From assembly GCF_009914755.1 (NCBI RefSeq), contig NC_060925.1: DNA of 64,000 nucleotides; one strand, written 5' to 3'. This DNA comes from the human T2T-CHM13v2.0 reference genome, Homo sapiens. The position numbers were made by a program, and so were the translations under genes. Below, in pieces: positions 56,431 through 64,000 of this stretch. Each line of letters opens with the position of its first letter. Position 1 is the first letter of the stretch. Below the pieces are notes generated by a model that was given only the letters and a program-made list of their open reading frames with translations, did not search any database and was not told the origin of the DNA.

Positions 56431-59184
56431 TGTTGTGATTACTTGTGGTGCCTTTGTCATGAAATCTTTGTCCATTCCTATAGCCAGGATGGTATTGCCT
56501 AGGTTGTCTTTCAGGATTTTTATAATTTGGGTTTTACGTTTAAGTCTTTAATCCATCTTCAGTTGATTTTTGTGTATGGTGTAAAGAAGAGGTCCAGCTT
56601 CAATCTTCTGCATGTGGCTAGCCAGTTATCCCAGCACCATTTATTGAACAGGGAGCCTTTTTCCCATTGCTTGTTGTTTTCAAAGGTCAGATGGTCATAG
56701 GTAAGCAGCCTTATTTCTAGGCTTTCTATTCTGTTTCATTGGTCTATGTGCCTGTTTTTGTACCACTACCATACTGTTTTGGTTTCTGTAGGCCTGTAGT
56801 ATAGTTTTAAGTTGGGTAACATGATGCCTCCACCTTTGTCCTTTTTGCTTAGGATTGCCTTGGCTATTTGGGTTCTTTTTTGGTTCCATATGAACTTTAA
56901 AGTTCCATATAAATTTTAGTTCTGTGAAGAATGTCAATGGTATTTTGATAGAAATAGCATTGAATCTGTAAATTGCTCTGGGCAGCATGGCCATTTTAAT
57001 AATATCGATTCTTCCAATCCATGAGCATGGGATTTTTTCATTTAGTTTATGTCTTCCCTGATTTCTTTGAACAGTGTTTTATAATTCTCCTTGCAGAGAT
57101 CTTTCACCTCCCTGGCTAGCTGTATTCCTAGTTATTTTATTCTTTTTGTGGCAATTGTGAGTGGGATTGCCTTTCTGATTTGTCTCTCAGCTTCACTGTT
57201 GTTGGTTTATAGGAATGCTGGTGATTTTGTGCATTGATTTTTGTATCCTGAGACTTTGCTGAAGTTGTTTATCAACTGAAAGAGCATTTGGGCTGAAACT
57301 ATAGGGTTTTTTAGATATAGGATCATGTTGTCTGCAAACAGGGATAGTCTGACTTCCTCTCTTTCTCTTTGGACGCCTTTATTTCTTGCTTTAGTTTGAT
57401 TGCTCTGACAAGGACTTCTAATACTCTGTTGAATAGGAGGGGTGAGAGAGGACATCCTTGTCTTGTGCTGGTTTGTACGCAAAATGCTTCCACCTTTTGC
57501 CCTTTCAGTAAGAGGTTGTTGGTGGGTTTGTCATTGATGGCTCTTATTATTTTGAGGTATGTTCCTTCAATTCCTAGTTTATTGAGAGTATTTTAAAGAA
57601 AGGAGTGTTGAATTTTATCAAAAGCCTTTTATGCATCTATTATGATAATTGTGGTTTTGTCTTGAATTTTGTTTATGCAATGAATCACACTTATTGATTT
57701 TTATACGTTGAAACAAACCTTTATCCCGAGGACAAAGCCTACTTGATCACTGTGGATTAGCTTTTTGATGTGCTGCTGGATTTCATTTGGAATTATTTTG
57801 TTGAGGATTTTTGCATTGATATTCATTAAGGATAGTGGCCTAAAAGTTTCTTTTTTTGTTGTATTTCTTCCAGGTTTTTAGTTTTAGGATGATGCTGACC
57901 TCATAGAATGAGTTGAGGAGGGGGTCTCACCTTCTCAATTTTTGGAATAGTTTCAGTAGAAATGTTACCAGCTCTTCTTTGTACATCTGTTTGAATTTGG
58001 CTGTGAATCCATCAGGTCTGGGGTTTGGGGTGTTGGTATGCTATTTATTACTGATTCAATTTCAAAGCTCACTATGGTCTGTTCAGGGAATCAATTTCTT
58101 CCTAGTTCAGTCTTGAGAGGGTGTATGTGTTCAATAATTTATCCATCTCTTCTAGGTTTTCTAGTTTTTGTGCATAGAGGTGCTCATAGCAGTTTCTGAT
58201 GGTTATTTTTATTTCTGTGGGGTCAGTGGTAATATTCCCTTCATCATTTCTATTTGTGTTTACATGGATCTTCCTCTTTTCTTTCTTATTAGTCTAGCTA
58301 GTGGCCCAAATTATTAAATTTTTCAAAACACTAACTCATGAATTTGCTAATCTTTTGAATGGTTTTTCATGTCAAGATTTCATTCAGTTCAGCTCTGATT
58401 TTGGTTATTTCTTGTCTTTGCTACCTTTGGGGTTGATTCATTCCTGCTTGTATCATTTTTTTCTGTTGTAATGTTAGGTTCTTAATTTGAGATCTTTTTA
58501 ACTTTTTGTTGTGGGCATTTAGTGCTATAAATTTCCCCTTTAACACTTCCTTAGCTGCTTCCCAGAGATTCTGGTATGTTGTACCTTTGTCATCATTAGT
58601 TTCAAAGAACTTCTTGATTTCTCCCTTAATTTCATTATTTACCCAAAAGTCATTCAAAAGCATGTCGTTTAATTTGCATGTAAGGAATTTTCTTAGTCTT
58701 GACATCTATTTTTATTGTGCTGTGGTCCAAGAGTGTGTTTGGCCATAATTTCCATTCTTTTGCATTTGCTGAGGATTGTTTTATGTCCAATCATGTGGTC
58801 AATTTTAGAGTAAATACCTTGTGGCAATGAGAAGAATGTATAGTCTGTTGTTATGGGGTGGAGAGTTCTGTAGAGTTCTATCAGATCCATTTGGTCCAAT
58901 GTTGAGTTCAGGTCCTGAATATCTGTGTTAACTTTCTGCCCCAATGATCTGCCTAATACTGACAATGGAGTGATGAAGTCTACCACTATTATTTTGTGGG
59001 AATCTATGTCTCTTTGTAGGTCTCTAAGAACTTGCTTTATCAATCTGGGTGCTCCTGTGTTGGCTGAACAAATATTTAGGATAGTTAGGTCTTCTTGTTG
59101 AATTGAAACACTTACCATTATGTAATGTTCTTCTTTGTTCTTTTTGATCTTTATTTGTTTAAAGTCTATTTTGTCTGAAATTAG

Positions 59185-59608
<424 letters not shown>

Positions 59609-59644
59609 GGGTCTTGCTTTTTTATCCAGCTTGGCACTCTGTGA

Positions 59645-59937
<293 letters not shown>

Positions 59938-61284
59938 TCTGTGACTTTTAAGTGGGAGCACTTAGGCTATTTACATTCAAGATTAGTATTGATATGTGTG
60001 GAGTTGACCCTGCCATTGTGTTGTTAGCTGGTTATTATGCTGGCTTGCTTGTGCAGTTGCTTTATAGTGTCACTGATCTGTGCATTTAAGTGTTTTGTTT
60101 TGTATTAGCTGGTAGTGGTCTTTCCTTTCTCTATCTAGTGTTCCTTTCAAGATCTCTTGTAAGGCAGGTCTGCTGGTAACAAACTCCCTTAACATTTGCT
60201 TATCTAAAAGGATCTTATTTCTCCTGTTCGGAAGCTTAGTTTGGCTGGATATAAAATATTCAGTAAGAGATTTTTTTTTTCTTTAAAAACTCTGAATATA
60301 GTCTCCCAATCTCTTCTGCCTTATAGGGTTTCAGCTGAGAAGGTCACTGTTAGCCTGACGGGGTTCCTTTTGCAGGTGACCTGCCGTTTTACTCTAGCTG
60401 ACTTTAATATTCTTTCTTTTATTGGGACCTTGGAAAATCTGATGATTATGTGTCTTGGGGATGATCTTCTTGTGTAGAATGTTGCAGGAGTTCTCTTTAT
60501 TTGCTAAATTTGACTGTTGGCCTCTCTAGCAAGGTTAGGGAAAATTTCATGGATGATATCCCGAAATATGTTTTCCAAGTTGTTTGCTTTCTCCCCTCCC
60601 TTTCTAAGATGACAATGATTCACAGATTTGGCCACTTTACATAATCCCATACTTCATGGAGGTTTTATTTATTTATTTTTACTCTTTTTTTGAAATTTGT
60701 GTCTGTCTCATTTCAAAGAGCCAGTTTTCATGTACTGAGATTCTTTCCTCAGCTTGATTTGTGTGCTGTTAATATTTATGATTTTATATATGTTAATATT
60801 TATGATATTATATTTATGATTGCATTGTGAAATTCTTGCATTGTGTTATTCACCATTAGGTTCTTTTTTATATCAGCTATTTCATCCTTCAGCTCCTATA
60901 TCTGTCATTTTACTGTGGTTCTTCATTTCCTTGGATTGGGTTTTGCTATTTTCCTGAATCTCAATGATCTTTGCTCCTATCCACACTCTGAATTCTATTT
61001 CTGTCATTTTAGCCAGCTCAGCTGGGTTAAAAACTCTTGTTGAAAAACTGGTGCAGTAATTTGGAGGACATATGTCACTCTGGCCATTTGAGTTACCAGT
61101 GCTCTTGCATTGGTTCTTTCTCATCTTTGCATATGTGTGTTCATTAAGAGCAATCAGGATGATGTCATTTACATTGACGCCATCAGAACTTGTGCAAGCT
61201 TCAATGCCTTCATCTGAAAGATACTAACCCACCTGAGACAATGCTGCTTCTCAATTCTTCTATCCTAACCACCCTACTTTTAAA

Positions 61285-61945
61285 AAAGAGCTTTATTGAG
61301 ATATAATTTTCATTCCATTAAATTCACCAACTGAAAATATACAGCTCAGAGTGGCTTTTAGTGTATTCACAGTGTATTTATTTCCTTTCCTATGGCTACT
61401 GTAAAAATTACCATAAATTTTGTAGATTAAAACAACACAAATTTATTATCTCACAATTCTAGAGGTCAAAATTCAAAAATTTGTGTGTCATTGAACTAAT
61501 GTCAACATGTTGATCAGGTTGATTGCCTTTCTGGATGCTCCAAAGTATAATCCAGTCTCTTGACTTTTCTAACTCCTAGAGTCTGCTCATATTCTTTGTG
61601 TCATGGCCCCCTTCCTCCATCTTCAAGGCCAGCAATGGCTGGTAGACTCTTTGACTTGATGCCACTTTTCTGATTCTGACTTTTCTGCTTTTCTCTTCCT
61701 CGTTTAAACACACTTGTGATTATATTAGCCCCATGCAGATAATCTCTCTGTTTTACAATCAGCTGCTTAATAACCTTCATTTCATTTGCAACCTTAATTC
61801 TCCTTGACATTTAACATACCATATTCATAGTTTCTGAGAATTATAAAGTGGACATCTGGGATGAAAAGAGTGACATTAGTCTGTGGGCTACACACAGAGT
61901 TGTGTAACCATCATCACAATCTAAGTTTAGAACATTTAGAATATA
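61285..61945 (-). mobile_element. L1MB-like 3' end fragment split by MLT1D
   Basis: gctttattgagatataatt..tttagtgtattcacag|agttgtgtaaccatcatcacaatc. Confidence 0.7.
61373..61892 (-). mobile_element. MLT1D-like solo LTR
   Basis: tg..ca termini; TSD cacag (61368-61372, 61893-61897); catggcccccttcctccatcttcaaggccagcaatg. Confidence 0.85.
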
Positions 61946-62564
61946 ACGATTCCTTCATAATCATGGTATTTTAAACTGCAACAGCCCTCTCCTATCAATA
62001 ATCCCAATTTCCTTACTATGCTTTTTTTCATATCACTTATTACCTTCTAAAAATATCACTTGCTTTCTTGTTTTGTTGATTTTATAATTGTTTGTCTCCT
62101 CCCAGTAGAATGTAAACTCCAGGAGGATAAGGGTTTTGTCTGTTTTGCTTACAGATATATCCCAAGCATTATAAACAGTGTCTAGCACTTAAACAGGTGT
62201 TCAAATACTTACTGAATGAACAATTTCCTTGTCAATTTTAGAGCACAATATGTCTTTGTTCTGCAAACCTGAGACTGACGTCCTCCAGAATTTACTGGAA
62301 CCTATAGTTTATTGCACTGTGATAGTTTTGTATAAAGTTAAAAAGGAGAGACTTCCTCTCTTATCATTACAGACCAAATTGCAGATATATTATCCCTAAC
62401 CCTGGATATCTAGGTCAGTGTCACCTAGCTGTATTTAGACCCTTGGTGGAGTAAGTCAATAGGGTTTAAGACTCAGGGAATTTAAGATGAACTTCTGTTT
62501 CAGACACAGGCCCTTTATGAATATGATACTCTTTGGATAGTGCAATTGGAGATACAGCAGAGAA

Positions 62565-62790
62565 TAATCATCACAGATACTACTTATTGAATAATTAGTA
62601 AGTACTGGGTACTACACTAGGTGCTTTACATGTGTTATGTACAATTTTTAGCACAATCGTGCAATATAAATACTATTATTTTTTTCAGGTGAGCCTCCAA
62701 GAGGTTTAGTGATTTCCTCAAGGTTAACTGATTATTAAAAGGTAAACTAGGATTTGAACTGGGTCTGTCTTACTCTAAAGCCCTCTTACT
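62565..62790 (-). mobile_element. MIR
   Basis: ggtgctttacatg..ctaggatttgaactgggtctgtcttactctaaagcc. Confidence 0.75.
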
Positions 62791-62793
62791 GTC

Positions 62794-64000
62794 TGACATG
62801 TTTGGATCTGTGTCCCCACCCAAATCTCATGTCAAATTGTAATCCCCAATGTTGAAGACTGGGCCGGATGAGAGGTGATTGGATCATGGGGGTAGATTTC
62901 CCCCTTTGGTGCTGTTTTTGTGATAGAAGTCTCATGAGATCTGGTTGTTTAAAAGTGTGTGGCACCTCCCCATTCTCTCCTCTTCCTCACGCTCTGCCAT
63001 ATAAGATATGCATGCTTTCCTTTCACTTTCTAAAATGATTGACTGTTTCCTGAGGCTCCCCTAGAAGCCACTATGCTTCCTGTACAGCTGGCAAAACTGT
63101 GAACCAATTAAACCTCTTTTCTTTATAAATTACCCAGTCTACATTATTTCTTTATAGCAGTGCAAGAGAGGAATAATACAGAAAATGGGCACCAAGTAGT
63201 GGGGCATTGCTATAAAGATACCTGAAATGTGGAAGCAGCTTTGGAACTGGGTAATAGACAGAAGGTGGAGGAGTGTGGAGGGCTCAAAAGAAGACAGGAA
63301 GATGAGGGAAAATTTGGAACTTTCTAGAGACTTGTTAAATTGCTATGACCAAAATGCTGGTATTGATATGGACAGTAAAGGTCAGGCTGATGAGGTCTCA
63401 GATGAAAATGACGAACTTATTGGAAACTGGAGCAAAAGACACTTTGGCTTCTTAGCAACAACAACAACAAAATTGGCTGTATTATGCTACTGCCCTAGGG
63501 ATCTGTGAAACTTTCAACTTGAGAATGATGATTTAGGGTATCTGGTGGAAGAAATTTCTAAGCAGCAAGGTGTTCAAGATTTGGCCTGGCTGCTTCTAAT
63601 TGCCTGTGCTTATATGCATAAGCAAGGAAATGATCTGAAACTGAAATTTATATTTAAAAAGGAAGCAGAGTATAACAATTTGAAAACTTTGCAGCCTGGC
63701 CATGTGTTAGAAAAGAAAACCCACATTCAGAGGAGGAATTCAAGCAGGCTGCATATATTTGCATAGCTAAAAGGAATGCAATAGCTATTAGCCAAGATAA
63801 TGGAAAAATGCCTTGAAGGCATTTCAGAGACATTTGAGGCAGCCCCTCCCAACACAAACCTGGTGGCCTGGGAGGGAAGAATGGTTTCCCGGGCCAGGCC
63901 CAGTGTCTCACTGCCCTGCACAACCTCAGGACACTGCTCCCTGCATCCCAACCATTTCACCTTCTGCTGTGGCTAAAAAGGCCCAAAATACAGCTTGGGC
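62794..64000 (+). mobile_element. MSTA 5' LTR (62794-63180) and internal region, cut by the window end
   Basis: tgacatgtttggatctgtgtccccacccaaatctc..taataca, then MST-int (ctttggaactgggtaa, ggaagaaatttctaagcagcaa). Confidence 0.92.

Larger units (their letters stand above)
61240..62220 (+). mobile_element. L2a 3' end (61240-61285 and 61965-62220) interrupted by an L1MB fragment and MLT1D
   Basis: cctaaccaccctac..tgtctcctcccagtagaatgtaaactcc..tgtctgttttg..actgaatgaa. Confidence 0.75.

Noticed and set aside
56883-56920. 19-bp tandem duplication in L1 (and tgttaatatttatgat repeats at ~60767-60820)
   Set aside because: Ordinary slippage in a dead element

Overview
AT-rich, CpG-poor mammalian non-coding DNA, primate by its content of Alu, L1PA and MSTA elements and very likely human or ape. 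By eye, more than half of it is decayed transposable elements: L1 (L1PA, L1MA/MB/MC/ME, HAL1-like), L2, MIR, Alu, MaLR LTRs (MST, MLT1), MER21, Tigger1, MER44, MER58A, MER94 and MER115. I cannot support any protein-coding gene, RNA gene or CRISPR array. The supplied ORFs are TE-derived (L1 ORF1/ORF2, Alu, MST-int, Tigger1 transposase remnants) or chance ORFs. Subfamily names come from my recall of consensus sequences and need RepeatMasker/Dfam confirmation. I see no new gene system. The most interesting signals are structural: (1) a three-junction rearrangement that placed an MSTA provirus's own downstream flank (LTR tip, TSD and half of an L2a) inverted inside the provirus; (2) a Tigger1 with an internal segment inverted and relocated in the same A-inv(C)-B-D topology; (3) a five-level TE nest; (4) a young 144-bp microhomology tandem duplication; (5) a candidate TATA-less promoter and first exon on the + strand at ~5.8-6.0 kb.
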